A DNA stretch of 64,000 nt, from the NCBI GenBank assembly GCA_041488235.1, contig JBGPOW010000001.1, positions 737 to 64,736 of the forward strand. Direction: 5' to 3'. Below, in pieces: positions 35,771 through 46,665 of the stretch (position 1 is the stretch's first letter; every line of letters starts with the position of its first letter). The translations under genes were made by a program, and so were the position numbers. The notes under the pieces are model-generated. The model saw only the letters and a program-made list of their open reading frames with translations. It had not been told where the DNA came from and ran no database searches. This stretch comes from Candidatus Binatia bacterium. Lineage in GTDB: Bacteria > Desulfobacterota > Binatia > UTPRO1.

Positions 35771-36120
35771 ACGTCATCGACGGCATCGAGGCGCAACAGC
35801 TGAAGGACAATCAACCGGAGTTCCGCTCCGGCGACACGCTACGGGTCCACGTACGCATCATCGAAGGCGAGAAGGAGCGTATCCAGGTCTTCGAGGGCGT
35901 CTGCATTCGACGCAGCGGCGGTGGCAGCCGCGAGACGTTCACGGTTCGGAAGACGTCCTACGGCGTCGGCGTCGAGCGCACCTTCCCGTTGCACTCACCG
36001 CGGATCGACAAGATCGACGTCACCGCGCGAGGTCGCGTGCGACGCGCGAAGCTCTACTACCTGCGCGAGCTCTCCGGCAAAGCGGCCCGCATCCAGGAGG
36101 AGACCGCCGCGCCGCGCTAG
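35767..36120 (+). CDS. rplS: 50S ribosomal protein L19
   Basis: [47 protein letters not shown]. Confidence 0.9.
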   Translation: MNVIDGIEAQQLKDNQPEFRSGDTLRVHVRIIEGEKERIQVFEGVCIRRSGGGSRETFTVRKTSYGVGVERTFPLHSPRIDKIDVTARGRVRRAKLYYLRELSGKAARIQEETAAPR

Positions 36121-36573
36121 CTAACCGCGCGCGGGACGCTCCAACGCAGCGGCGTGCTCGTCGCTCATGCGGCAGTCGCCCTCGAAGGTTCCACCCTCGA
36201 CGAGGATCAACGTCTTCGTCTCGATCGTCCCGGTGACGCGGCCGCCCGCCTGAATCTCGACGCGCTCGGCGCCGAGGATCTGGCCGCGCACCTCGCCGGC
36301 GACGACCAAGCTCGTCGGCCACACCGTGCCTTGCACCTGGCCGCCTTTGGCGATCACCAAGAGATCGCTCGCCCGCACCTCGCCGCGTAGACGACCGTCG
36401 ATGCGCGTCGGCGTCGTGAAATTGAGCTTGCCGCTGACCTGTGTGCCGGGGTCGAGAAACGTGCGGATCTCGCGCCATCCGATGAGACCGGCCTCGGGCA
36501 CGCGCGCCGCAATCGGTTTCGGAGAGGCCGGCCGCTGCACCACCTCCCGCCGCCGTCGCCATCGCTCCCGCAC
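36121..36573 (-). CDS. Bactofilin (DUF583) family cytoskeletal protein
   Basis: Beta-helical repeat region IDGRLRGEVRASDLLVIAKGGQVQGTVWPTSLVVAGEVRGQILGAERVEIQAGGRVTGTIETKTLILVEGGTFEGD. Confidence 0.7.
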   Translation of the reverse strand: MRERWRRRREVVQRPASPKPIAARVPEAGLIGWREIRTFLDPGTQVSGKLNFTTPTRIDGRLRGEVRASDLLVIAKGGQVQGTVWPTSLVVAGEVRGQILGAERVEIQAGGRVTGTIETKTLILVEGGTFEGDCRMSDEHAAALERPARG

Positions 36574-36587
36574 TACTCTCCTCTAGA

Positions 36588-37633
36588 TCATCTCGGAGGC
36601 GCGGGGAAGACATAACATGCGACCGCGTGCTCGTCGGCTCCTGCGATCAGGGGAGGAGCCTCACGTCGGCAGCGGTCCTCGGCGTACGGACAGCGGGGAT
36701 GAAACGCGCACCCGGTCGGCGGATTGACGGGACTCGGGACGTCACCGCCGAGTCGGATGCGATCAGGGCGACGACGCGGGTCAGGGACCGGAACCGCAGA
36801 CAGCAACGCCTTTGTGTAGGGGTGACGCGGATTGCGATACAGCTCCGCACGCGGCGCCTGCTCGACGATCTTCCCGAGGTACATCACCGCGACGCGATGG
36901 CTGACGTGCGCGACGACGCGCAGGTCGTGCGAGATGAAGAGATACGCGAGCCGCATTTCGTCCTGCAGCCGACGGAGGAGGTTCAGCACTTGCGCCTGGA
37001 TCGAGACGTCGAGCGCGGACACCGGTTCGTCGGCAACGATGAACCGCGGCCCCACGGCGAGCGCGCGCGCGATGCCGACCCGCTGGCGCTGTCCGCCGCT
37101 GAACTCGTGCGGATAGCGATCGTAGTGCTCCGGCTGCAGGCCGACCTTCTCGAGGAGCTCGTGCACGCGTTCGCGCTTGGCGGCGCCGCGCGCGAGACCG
37201 TGGATCTCGATGCCCTCGGCGACGATCGCGCCGATCCGCATGCGCGGATTCAAGGACGCGTACGGATCTTGAAAGACGATTTGCATTTCGCGGCGCATCG
37301 CGCGGAGTTCGCGTCCGGAGAGCGCGAGAACGTCGCGTCCCGCGAACGACACCGAGCCCGCCGTCGGCTCGGTGAGTCGCAAGATGCAGCGCCCGAGCGT
37401 CGATTTGCCGCTTCCCGACTCGCCGACGATACCCAGCGTCTCGCCGCTTCGAACGATCAGGTCGACGCCGGCGACGGCGTGCACGGTCGCGCGCGCCCGT
37501 CCGAGGAACCCGCCGCCGATCGGAAACTCCTTGCGCAGGCCGCGCACCTCGACGAGCGCCGCACCACTCGCGACCTCACCCTCGTCGCCACGAGGAGCCG
37601 CACCGGTCGCGCCGATAGGCGAGACGACGTCGC

Positions 37634-37637
<4 letters not shown>
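36588..37637 (-). CDS. oppF: Oligopeptide/dipeptide ABC transporter ATP-binding protein (OppF/DppF-like)
   Basis: Walker [10 protein letters not shown], signature LSGGQRQRV, Walker [13 protein letters not shown] and a C-terminal oligopeptide extension. ATG at 37637. Confidence 0.8.
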
Positions 37638-38656
<1,019 letters not shown>

Positions 38657-38660
38657 GACA

Positions 38661-39662
38661 TCATCCGCGCACTCCGAACGTGCGCGGATCGAGCGCGTCG
38701 CGCAGGTAATCACCGAGAAAGTTGAATGCCATGATCGTGACGAAGATAAAGACCCCGGGGGCCAAGATCCAGGGGAACTGCGCGATGCTCTGCACGTTCT
38801 GCGCGTCCGCGAGCAGGTTGCCCCAGCTCGCGCTCGGCTCCTGGATGCCGAGGCCGAGGAGCGAGAGCGCGCTCTCACCCAGAATGAACCCGGGGATGCT
38901 GAGCGTCGCGGCGACGATCGTGTACCCGAACGTGGCGGGAATCACGTGCCGCACGATGATGCGCGTGCGGCTCGCCCCCAACGCGCGCGCGCTCTGCACG
39001 TACTCGAGCTCACGGATCGACGCCACCATGCCGCGAATGATGCGCGCGAATCCGGCCCAGCGGATGAAGCTCATGATGACGACGATCATGAAGAAGGTCT
39101 CGGCCGACCCGAGCGACGGCGGGATCAGCGCCGCCAGGGCGAGGAGGAAGTAAAACGACGGCAGCGACATCAGTACCTCCGTCGCCCGCATGATCAGATT
39201 GTCCGTGCGGCCGCCGAAGTAGCCCGCGATGGCGCCGACGATGATGCCGATCGTGAAGCTGATCGCGACGCCGACGACGCCGACGGTGAGACTGATACGC
39301 CCGCCGTACACGATGCGCGAGAAGAGGTCCCGCCCGAGCCCGTCGGTCCCGAGCAGGAAGAATCGATCGTCGGGGCGCGCAGTGGTGAGCAGCACGCCGC
39401 GGCTGAACCAGGCGAGCGGGACGCGCCGCTCCTCCTCGCGATACACTCGTCCCGATCCCCCGCCCAGACGCAGCGCACGCGTATAGAGCACTCCCTCGTC
39501 GGCCCAGCGTGACGGTGGATTCACGTGAACGCCCGACGGCGGACAGTTCGGATACTCCCGGCTCTGCATCGCGTAGTCGTACGGCGCGATCCACGGCGCA
39601 AAGACCGCGCTTGCGTAGAGAACACAGAGTACGACGAGGCTCGCGATCGCCGTCCAGCTCAT
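38661..39662 (-). CDS. oppC: ABC transporter permease (OppC/DppC-like)
   Basis: Internal ATG at 39662. Permease EAA-like region and 6 TM helices. The upstream part of the track ORF is junk. Confidence 0.8.
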   Translation of the reverse strand: MSWTAIASLVVLCVLYASAVFAPWIAPYDYAMQSREYPNCPPSGVHVNPPSRWADEGVLYTRALRLGGGSGRVYREEERRVPLAWFSRGVLLTTARPDDRFFLLGTDGLGRDLFSRIVYGGRISLTVGVVGVAISFTIGIIVGAIAGYFGGRTDNLIMRATEVLMSLPSFYFLLALAALIPPSLGSAETFFMIVVIMSFIRWAGFARIIRGMVASIRELEYVQSARALGASRTRIIVRHVIPATFGYTIVAATLSIPGFILGESALSLLGLGIQEPSASWGNLLADAQNVQSIAQFPWILAPGVFIFVTIMAFNFLGDYLRDALDPRTFGVRG

Positions 39663-39685
39663 GCGTCGCACGGCCACCCTCGTCG

Positions 39686-40669
39686 CTACCGTACCGCCTC
39701 GAGCGTGGTGAGCTCGATGCGCGGGTCGACGAGCGTCAATGCGACGTCGGCCATGAGGTTGCCGAGAAGCAGCAGCACCGCGCTCATGAGAACGGACCCC
39801 ATCACGAGATAGACGTCGAGCGAGCGCACGGCGTCGAGCATCAACGTGCCGAGGCCCTGCAGGTTCATCACCGCCTCGACGAGCGCCGCGCCGCCGAGGA
39901 GCGTCCCGAGCTCGTAGCCCGCGAGCGTCACGAACGGGTTCAGCGCGTTCCGCAAGATGTGCTTGCCGACCACGCGCCACTCGGGCAGCCCCTTCGCGCG
40001 GGCGGTGCGGACGTAGTCGGCGTGCTGGATCTCGAGGATGTTGCTGCGCATGAGCCGCATGAGGCTCGCCATGCCGCTCGTGCCGAGGACGATCACCGGC
40101 AGGACGAGGTGCGCCGCGCGATCGGCGATCTTTTCCAGCGGATCGAGGAGTGGATAGTCGACCGACGTCGTGCCGCCGACGGGGAACCAGCCGGTCTCGA
40201 GCGCCAGATACATCAAGAGAAACGCGAGAAAGAAGCTCGGCACCGACATACCGAGGAACGAGAGGAACGAGAGCGCCCGATCCGTGATCGAGCCGCGCCG
40301 CAGCGCGACGATCGTCCCGATCGGGATCGCGAGTGCCCACGTGAAGACCATGCTCGCCACGGCGAGGATCATCGTGTTGAGCGCGCGCGACGCGATGAGG
40401 TCGACGACCGCGACGCGATACGCGATCGACATCCCGAGATCGAGGTGCAACGCCCGCCACGCCCAGCGGCCGTAGCGGACCAGGAGCGGCTGCCCGTAGC
40501 CGAACTCGACCTCCATTTGCCGGATCAGATCCGGCGAGATCGACGGATTGAGGCGCAGCGTGCTGAAGAAATCACCGGGCGCGAGATCGACGACGACGAA
40601 CGAGAGGAACGTGATGCCGACGAGCAACGGCACCATCTGCAGCAGCCGGCGCGCAACGAACCGCAGCAT
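39686..40669 (-). CDS. oppB: ABC transporter permease (OppB/DppB-like)
   Basis: MLRFVARRLLQMVPLLVGITFLSFVVVDLAPGD. Confidence 0.85.
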   Translation of the reverse strand: MLRFVARRLLQMVPLLVGITFLSFVVVDLAPGDFFSTLRLNPSISPDLIRQMEVEFGYGQPLLVRYGRWAWRALHLDLGMSIAYRVAVVDLIASRALNTMILAVASMVFTWALAIPIGTIVALRRGSITDRALSFLSFLGMSVPSFFLAFLLMYLALETGWFPVGGTTSVDYPLLDPLEKIADRAAHLVLPVIVLGTSGMASLMRLMRSNILEIQHADYVRTARAKGLPEWRVVGKHILRNALNPFVTLAGYELGTLLGGAALVEAVMNLQGLGTLMLDAVRSLDVYLVMGSVLMSAVLLLLGNLMADVALTLVDPRIELTTLEAVR

Positions 40670-40672
40670 CGC

Positions 40673-42382
40673 TCAGGGACGAATCGCGATGCGCTCGGGC
40701 TGGTAGAGCCCCCACGGCGTGAGCACGAAGTTCTCGAGGTACGACTTGTAGGCGACGAACTGCTCTTGCCGCACGAGCTGGATGAGCGGCAGCTCGCGAT
40801 GGAGGATCTCCTGGATGCGCCAGTAGTGCTGCTTGCGCGCCTCGAGATCGAGCTCGCGCGCGCCGAGGTCGAGCTCGCGGTCGATCTCGGCCTCCCACGC
40901 GGTCCCCGGATGCTCTTGGTTCGGCTGCCAGAGATGCAGATTCCCCGACGAGCGCAGCAGGTTCGACGAGTTGTGCGGCTCGACGCCGCCGGTGAACCCC
41001 ATCACCATCGCGTCCCAGTCGAAGTTGCTGGAGAGCTTCTCGACGAGCGTCGTGAACTCGAGCGGTCGATAGTTGACGCGGATCCCGAGCTTCGTCCAAT
41101 CCTCTTTCAGGATGGAGCAGAGGCGCTCGCGAACCTGGTTGCCCGCGTTGGTCGAGAGGTCGAACTCGAGCGGGTTGCCGCGCGCGTCCTCGCGGACGCC
41201 GTCGCCGTCGCGATCGACGTAGCCGCCCTCGGTGAGGAGCGCCCGTGCGCGCTCGAGGTCGTACGCGTACGGCTCGAGGTTGGGATCGTAGAAGACTTTG
41301 TTCTCGGGCGAGATCGCCGACGTCGCACGCTCGCCGTGGCCGAAGTACGTGTTCGCGATCATGCTCTGCGCGTCGACGCTGTGGGCGATCGCCTGCAGGA
41401 ACCGGGGATCGGTGAACCACTCGAGGCGCGGATCGCGGCGGCCGTCGTGCACGTAGTGCGTCGGGTTGCGGTTGAAGCTGACGAACAGCATTCCGGTGTC
41501 GAGGCCGACACGCTCCACCTTCACGTCGAGACGCTCGGCGCGGCCGCGGAGGTCGTCGATCTCCTCCGGGCGCGGCGCGTAGTAGTGCAGCTGCTGGTCG
41601 AGGAACTTGAGGTACATCGTGTTCTGGTCCGGCACGATGAGGAGCGCCTGCTCGGCGATCCGCGGCAGTGCAACACCGGCATCGTCGTGCATCCACCATG
41701 CTTCCCACCGGCGATACTGCAGGAGCTGCGCCGGGACATAGCGGCTCATGCGGTACGGTCCGGTGCCGACGAGCCTTTCGGGCGGCGTGTCGATTCCCCA
41801 GCTCTGCGCGAAGCTGCCGCCGGCGAGCGCCTGCCCGAGCACGTGCTTCGGAAGGATCGCGAACCCGATGCTGTTGAGCAGCGGCGCGAACGGCTCCGCC
41901 AGGTGGAGGCGCACGGTCAGCGGATCGACGACCTCCACGTCGATGCGCTTCCCGCCGACGGTCAGCACGTGCTTCAGGCTGTTCGGGACCTTCGGGTCGT
42001 AGATGGCATCGAACGTGAATGCCACGTCATCCGCGGTGAAGGGCTCGCCATCCTGCCAGTGGACGTCCGGCCGCAGATGAAACGTCCAGATGGTGCCGGC
42101 TTCGTCGTGCTCCCAACTCGACGCGAGCATCGGCTCCGGCAAGGTCGTCCGCTGGTTCAACCGCACGAGGCCTTCGAAGATGTCACCGACCGCGGCGGCG
42201 GACGCGCTGTCGACGGACATGAGCGGGTTGAAGGTCTTCGGATCGCTGATCGTCGCGGTGACCAAGCGATCGCCGCGGCGCAGACGTTCGTCACCGGCGC
42301 TGCGGCGGCATCCGGTCGCCACGGCGAGAACGAGCGCACAGAGCGCGAGCGCCGCCATACCGCGGCCTGCCGCACGCATCAC
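40673..42382 (-). CDS. oppA: ABC transporter substrate-binding protein, family 5 (peptide/nickel)
   Basis: Signal peptide plus lipobox (ATGC), 569 aa, SBP_bac_5 pattern. Confidence 0.85.
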   Translation of the reverse strand: MMRAAGRGMAALALCALVLAVATGCRRSAGDERLRRGDRLVTATISDPKTFNPLMSVDSASAAAVGDIFEGLVRLNQRTTLPEPMLASSWEHDEAGTIWTFHLRPDVHWQDGEPFTADDVAFTFDAIYDPKVPNSLKHVLTVGGKRIDVEVVDPLTVRLHLAEPFAPLLNSIGFAILPKHVLGQALAGGSFAQSWGIDTPPERLVGTGPYRMSRYVPAQLLQYRRWEAWWMHDDAGVALPRIAEQALLIVPDQNTMYLKFLDQQLHYYAPRPEEIDDLRGRAERLDVKVERVGLDTGMLFVSFNRNPTHYVHDGRRDPRLEWFTDPRFLQAIAHSVDAQSMIANTYFGHGERATSAISPENKVFYDPNLEPYAYDLERARALLTEGGYVDRDGDGVREDARGNPLEFDLSTNAGNQVRERLCSILKEDWTKLGIRVNYRPLEFTTLVEKLSSNFDWDAMVMGFTGGVEPHNSSNLLRSSGNLHLWQPNQEHPGTAWEAEIDRELDLGARELDLEARKQHYWRIQEILHRELPLIQLVRQEQFVAYKSYLENFVLTPWGLYQPERIAIRP

Positions 42383-43218
42383 TCGTCTGCTCCGAACGGC
42401 ACCTCTCCACGCCGGCGAGCGTCGAGGGGCACCTCGTCGACGCCCGGGCGCGGAGGAAAGACGAAGACGTCGGGACGCACGGGACCGCCGATCGCCGGCG
42501 ACTCGTACCGCACTTGAATGCGACCGCCGTCGGGCAGAAGCCGCATGTCGATGCTCAGGGGAAACGCGACTCCCGCGATCGTCCGGTAATTTCCGAGCTC
42601 GACGCGTAACGCGCGGCCGGACTCGACCGTCGTCTCGCTCGTGACGGGCAGCAACGAGTCGGGCGCGACCCAGACGTCCTGCCGCCCGCCCTCGATCGGC
42701 ACCCGCAAACGCAGGAGACCCGCGGCGTCGTCACGCGTCACGGTCGCGTCGCCGGTCATGCGGCGCTCCGGCGGCAAGCCGACGAGCACCGACGCGACGT
42801 CCGCCACGTCGATCGGCAGACCGGTGTATGCCGCGACACTCGCCGGCGTCGCGGCGCCGCGGTACGTCCGATGGTCGCGTCGCACCCACACCGCGAGCTC
42901 TCCGCCGTCGCAGGCGACGACCGCGACGGCGCCGATCGGCGACAGCGCCTCCAAACGGAATCGGTCCGGTAGCGCAACGACGATCGCGTGCCGCGCGGCG
43001 GCGTGCGCGTCGCTCGTTTCGTACGACACACGCGCGAAACCGCGGACTGACGTGAGCGCCTGGCGGCGCGCGGCGATCGCGGCAACGATCCGGTCCGCAC
43101 TCGGCAGCGTCGCGGGAAGAGCCGGTCGCAGTCGTCCGCCACGGCAACCGAGCGTGACCAGGAGTCCGGTGAGCGCGAACGCGACCGCCCGCCTGCAGCG
43201 GTCACGACCCCGTGTCAC
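42379..43218 (-). CDS. Lipoprotein (possibly DUF4292/LolA-like fold)
   Basis: Signal peptide with LGC lipobox. The stop overlaps the oppA ATG. Family assignment is weak. Confidence 0.5.
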   Translation of the reverse strand: MTRGRDRCRRAVAFALTGLLVTLGCRGGRLRPALPATLPSADRIVAAIAARRQALTSVRGFARVSYETSDAHAAARHAIVVALPDRFRLEALSPIGAVAVVACDGGELAVWVRRDHRTYRGAATPASVAAYTGLPIDVADVASVLVGLPPERRMTGDATVTRDDAAGLLRLRVPIEGGRQDVWVAPDSLLPVTSETTVESGRALRVELGNYRTIAGVAFPLSIDMRLLPDGGRIQVRYESPAIGGPVRPDVFVFPPRPGVDEVPLDARRRGEVPFGADE

Positions 43219-44998
43219 TCGTCCGCGTGCCGGCGCCTAGGAGCCCGAGCTTCCCCTTCAGGCGATCGATCTGTTCCGGCTCTTTCGCCTTCCGCAACGC
43301 CTCCTCGTAGACGCGGACCGCCTCACGCGGCTTGCCGATCTTCTCGTAGGCGTCGCCGAGGTGCTCGGTGACGGTCGGATCCTCGCCCGCAAGCTCGATC
43401 GCGTGCTCGAGCTGCTCGACGGCGTGCGCGTAGTCGCCGCGCTGGTAGTACACCCACGCGAGCGAGTCGATGTAGAACCCGTCGTTCGGCTCGATGGCGA
43501 GGGCGCGACGGATGAGCCGCTCGGCCTCCTCGAGATGGTTTCCCTGCTCGGCGTAGGTGTAGCCGAGGTAGTTGAGCGCCGCGGCGTTTTGCGGATTGAT
43601 CGCGATCGCCCGCTCCATCAGCTCGATGGCCTTCGTCTTGTCCTTCGCCTCGTCGTAGAGCGCGCCGAGCGCGAAGAGCTGCTTGTCGTCGTCGGGAGCG
43701 AGCGTGACGGCCTCCTCCAGCGCCGTGATCGCCTTCGGGTAGTTCTTCTGCTCACGATAGATCGAGCCGAGATAGCTCAGGAGCTCGGGATTGCGCCCCT
43801 TCGTCGCGAGCGCGCCCTCGATCTCGGCGATCGCGGCGCCGCCATGGCCTTGCTTCTGATCGATCGCGGCGCGCTGCACACGGCTGTCGACGTAGTACTC
43901 GGAATCGGCGCCGATCTTGTCGAACGTCTCGAGGGCTTTCGGGTACTCTTTCGTCTCCGCGTACACGGAGCCGAGGTAGTAGCGCACGCGATCGTTGTCC
44001 GGCTCTGCGGCGAGGACGAGGTTCAGCTCCGTCGCGGCGCGGTCGTACTCGCCTTTCTCGAAGTAGATGAGCGCGATCTTGATGCGCGTCTCCTCGGGAT
44101 CGGTCTCGATCTTCTCGAGCGCGTGGTACTGGAGCAGCGCCTCGTCGAGCTTCTTCTGACCGATGTACAAACCGCCGAGGCGCTTGCGCACGAGCGCACT
44201 GTTGGGATTGGCGGCGAGGATCTGCTGATAGAGCTCGATCGCACGGCCGTACTGCTTCTGCAGCTCGTACAGCGTGGCGAGATCCATCAAGATCAGCTCG
44301 GACTGCGGATTGCGCTTCAACGCCTCGCGATACGCGCGCTCCGCCTTGTCGTACCGTCCGGCGGCGGCGTTCACCCGCCCGAGGTAGTAGTAGCCGAGGA
44401 CGGACTGCGGATTCAGCGCGATCAGCTTGTCGAGCGTCGCGACCGCGTCGTCGTACCGGCTCTCCTTGCCGTAAAGCGCGCCGAGGTAGAGGTACGCCTC
44501 CTGGTTCTGGGGCTCCAGTTGGAGGACGCGCTTGTACTGATCCGCGGCCTCGTCCTGGCGGTTCAGCGCCGAAAGAATGCCGGCGAGGAGGAGGCGCGCC
44601 TCGGTGTTGTTCGGCCGCGCCGCAACGACGTTTTGACAATGCTGCAGCGCCTCCTCGAGGGATCCTTTGCGGACGAGCAGCATCGCGAGCCGCAGCTGGA
44701 GGAGCGGGCTCTCGGGATCTTTCGCGACGGCGTCACGAAAGGCGTCGAGCGCGACGTCGTAGTTGCCGTCGTTGAGAGCGATCTCCCCTTTCAGGAAGTC
44801 GCCCATCGCTTGCACCTGCGGCGACGGCGGCTCGACGCGGCCGGGCAGCGCGCCGACGCGCGGATCCCACTCGAGGTGCGCAGGCGGCGCGGGCAGCTGC
44901 CGATGCGCCGGTCCGCAGCCGGCGGCGAGGAGCAGCCCCGCGATCACCAGGCCGATACGGACGAAATGCGACATGGCGGTAACAAGGAAAGGTACCAC
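43202..44998 (-). CDS. Tetratricopeptide (TPR) repeat protein with signal peptide
   Basis: More than 12 consecutive 34-aa TPR units (AxxxYxxALxxxP pattern throughout). Confidence 0.8.
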   Translation of the reverse strand: MVPFLVTAMSHFVRIGLVIAGLLLAAGCGPAHRQLPAPPAHLEWDPRVGALPGRVEPPSPQVQAMGDFLKGEIALNDGNYDVALDAFRDAVAKDPESPLLQLRLAMLLVRKGSLEEALQHCQNVVAARPNNTEARLLLAGILSALNRQDEAADQYKRVLQLEPQNQEAYLYLGALYGKESRYDDAVATLDKLIALNPQSVLGYYYLGRVNAAAGRYDKAERAYREALKRNPQSELILMDLATLYELQKQYGRAIELYQQILAANPNSALVRKRLGGLYIGQKKLDEALLQYHALEKIETDPEETRIKIALIYFEKGEYDRAATELNLVLAAEPDNDRVRYYLGSVYAETKEYPKALETFDKIGADSEYYVDSRVQRAAIDQKQGHGGAAIAEIEGALATKGRNPELLSYLGSIYREQKNYPKAITALEEAVTLAPDDDKQLFALGALYDEAKDKTKAIELMERAIAINPQNAAALNYLGYTYAEQGNHLEEAERLIRRALAIEPNDGFYIDSLAWVYYQRGDYAHAVEQLEHAIELAGEDPTVTEHLGDAYEKIGKPREAVRVYEEALRKAKEPEQIDRLKGKLGLLGAGTRTSDTGS

Positions 44999-45063
44999 GC
45001 GCTTTTGCGGGTGGTCAACGAACTGTCCGGCGCTGGCGTGCGGGGCGCGCTCGCGTCGCCGGC

Positions 45064-45789
45064 TTACGCGTTGGGCTCGATCCTTTCGAGGCGCTCGATG
45101 ACCTGATCGGCATGGCAGGAGCCGATCCAGCGTGACCCGTCGGCGTAGTACTCTTTCTTCCAGATCGGCACGAGGGCTTTCAAGCGATCGATGCCGTGGC
45201 GACAGGCGGCGAACGCCTCGTCGCGGTGGGGACTCGAGACCGCGATGGCGACGCTCGTCTCGGCAGTCGGCACGACGCCGATCCGATGTACCATTGCGAC
45301 GCCGACGAGCGGCCAGCGCTGTCGCATCTCCGCCCCGATCGCCCTCATCTCGCGGATCGCCATGTCCTCGTATGCCTCGTACTCGAGTCGCACGACGCGA
45401 CGGCCGTCGTTCTCGTCGCGCGTCGTACCGACGAAGAGCGCGATGCCCCCCGCGCGCGCATCGGTCACCGCGGCGAGCACCGCCGCGACGTCGATCGCTT
45501 CGCTGGTGATCAGGTACGAGTCGTGCACTCCGTCGTGCGCTACGGCGGCCATGGACCCACCACTGACTGGGGGAATCAACGCGAGCTCGTCATCGTCATG
45601 GAGCACTTGTGTCTTGTCAACGTAGACGCAGTTCAGAGCGAAGCGCACCGTCGCATCCTGAAGCACCGGATGCTGCGCACGCAGCTGCGTCCACAGATCG
45701 GCGATGGACGCGCCCTCAGGAACCTCGACCCTTGCCTCGCGCCCGCAGCGCTCGCGCAGATACGCGAAAAAGAGGACGCGTATGGTCAT
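45064..45789 (-). CDS. Fused molybdopterin synthase: MoaD-like sulfur-carrier domain ending in GlyGly joined directly to a MoaE catalytic domain (MoaX-like)
   Basis: ATG at 45789. MTIRVLFFAYLRERCGREARVEVPEG...IPPVSGG (ThiS/MoaD fold, GG terminus) is followed immediately by MoaE (...LEYEAYEDMAIREMRAIGAE...IVHRIG...PIWKKEYY). Confidence 0.75.
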   Translation of the reverse strand: MTIRVLFFAYLRERCGREARVEVPEGASIADLWTQLRAQHPVLQDATVRFALNCVYVDKTQVLHDDDELALIPPVSGGSMAAVAHDGVHDSYLITSEAIDVAAVLAAVTDARAGGIALFVGTTRDENDGRRVVRLEYEAYEDMAIREMRAIGAEMRQRWPLVGVAMVHRIGVVPTAETSVAIAVSSPHRDEAFAACRHGIDRLKALVPIWKKEYYADGSRWIGSCHADQVIERLERIEPNA

Positions 45790-46292
45790 CGCTCGGCTCC
45801 GATGAGCGCGACCGCATGGCCGAGGACCGGCATGATGAGCCGCTCCATCGCGAGCCGACACGCCGCCGTCGACCCGGGGAGCACCGCTACGAACGTCGTC
45901 GCAATCACCCCCGCCGTCGCCCGGCTGAGGAGCGCCGTCGGCCCGATCTCCGCGAAGCTCAAGGCCCGGAACATCTCGCCGAACCCCGGGAGCTCTCGCG
46001 TCCAGAGACTTCCGAGGCTTTCGACGGTGACGTCGCGCGGCGCGATCCCCGTGCCTCCCGTCACGACGAGCACACGGACGTCGCGACGCTCCACGACCTC
46101 GGTCACTGCCGCACGGATGGCCACCGGGTCGTCGGGAACGATCGCGTAGGAACGGATCGGATAGCCGGCGTCCTCCAGCAACGTGCGAATCAGCAGCCCG
46201 CTGGCATCGTCCTTCTCGGTCCGCGTGTCGCTGACGGTCAGAAGGCCGCAGCCGATCTCTTCGGCCGGAAGCGCTCGATGGTGCGACGTCAC
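45786..46292 (-). CDS. mogA: Molybdenum cofactor biosynthesis protein MogA/MoaB
   Basis: GLLTVSDTR...VVTGGTGIAPRDVT...GSTAACRLAMERLIMPVLGH. GTG start at 46292. The stop overlaps the moaDE fusion ATG. Confidence 0.8.
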   Translation of the reverse strand: MTSHHRALPAEEIGCGLLTVSDTRTEKDDASGLLIRTLLEDAGYPIRSYAIVPDDPVAIRAAVTEVVERRDVRVLVVTGGTGIAPRDVTVESLGSLWTRELPGFGEMFRALSFAEIGPTALLSRATAGVIATTFVAVLPGSTAACRLAMERLIMPVLGHAVALIGAER

Positions 46293-46440
46293 AGACGGGA
46301 GTTAGCCGAGGCGCGCCGGATCGGCAACGGACGGTTCGGAGGCGGTTCTATGGTTTGGAGCCCCTCTGGGGGTGACGCTTCCGGGTGCCGTGTCCGAAAA
46401 CGTCACCCCCTAGAGAGAAGGAGGATAAGCCATGAGGTAC
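46293..46440 (-). ncRNA. Candidate molybdenum-cofactor (Moco) riboswitch in the 5' leader of mogA and the moaDE fusion
   Basis: The minus-strand leader contains a 14-bp-stem hairpin (CUCUAGGGGGUGACG...CGUCACCCCCAGAG) and the run GCCUCCGAACCGUCCG...GGCUAACUCCCGUCUG just before the start codon. This resembles what I recall of the conserved 3' part of the Moco RNA motif, and the genomic context upstream of moa genes fits. Not verified by a covariance model. Confidence 0.3.
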
Positions 46441-46449
46441 GCAGTGTTC

Positions 46450-46478
46450 TTGAAAAGGCATTGAGGAATGCCCGAACA
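46450..46478 (-). terminator. Rho-independent-type terminator on the minus strand downstream of the two-component operon
   Basis: Minus strand reads GGGCAUUCCUCAAUGCC followed by UUUUCAAG, in a lower-GC stretch. Confidence 0.35.
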
Positions 46479-46665
46479 CACCTCCCCACGACGCTCTCCT
46501 TATGTCGCGCCTTCCAAGCTATGTAAACAGGACCATTTCCCTATATCGGCGAGAAAAGTTCCCTACGTCATTCCGTGGTCGCCGCGTGGACAACGTTCGC
46601 CACGCTAAGTCCTTGTTTCGACGACTGAATGGCTTCCGTCGCCGGTGAGCATGACGGTCGAGGTC

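Noticed and set aside
39509-42517. 1002-aa plus-strand ORF across oppB/oppA
   Set aside because: Extremely Arg/Glu/Asp-rich. It is antisense to ABC permease and SBP genes with clear family patterns.
43361-45106. 581-aa plus-strand ORF opposite the TPR protein gene
   Set aside because: The minus strand shows regular 34-residue TPR periodicity and a signal peptide. The plus-strand translation is low complexity.
46476-46560. 27-codon mini-ORF (AAGGAGA RBS + GTG) in the lower-GC intergenic stretch between the two-component operon and the moa leader
   Set aside because: Too short, with no conservation evidence. It could be a leader peptide but is equally likely noise, so it is mentioned only within the riboswitch finding.
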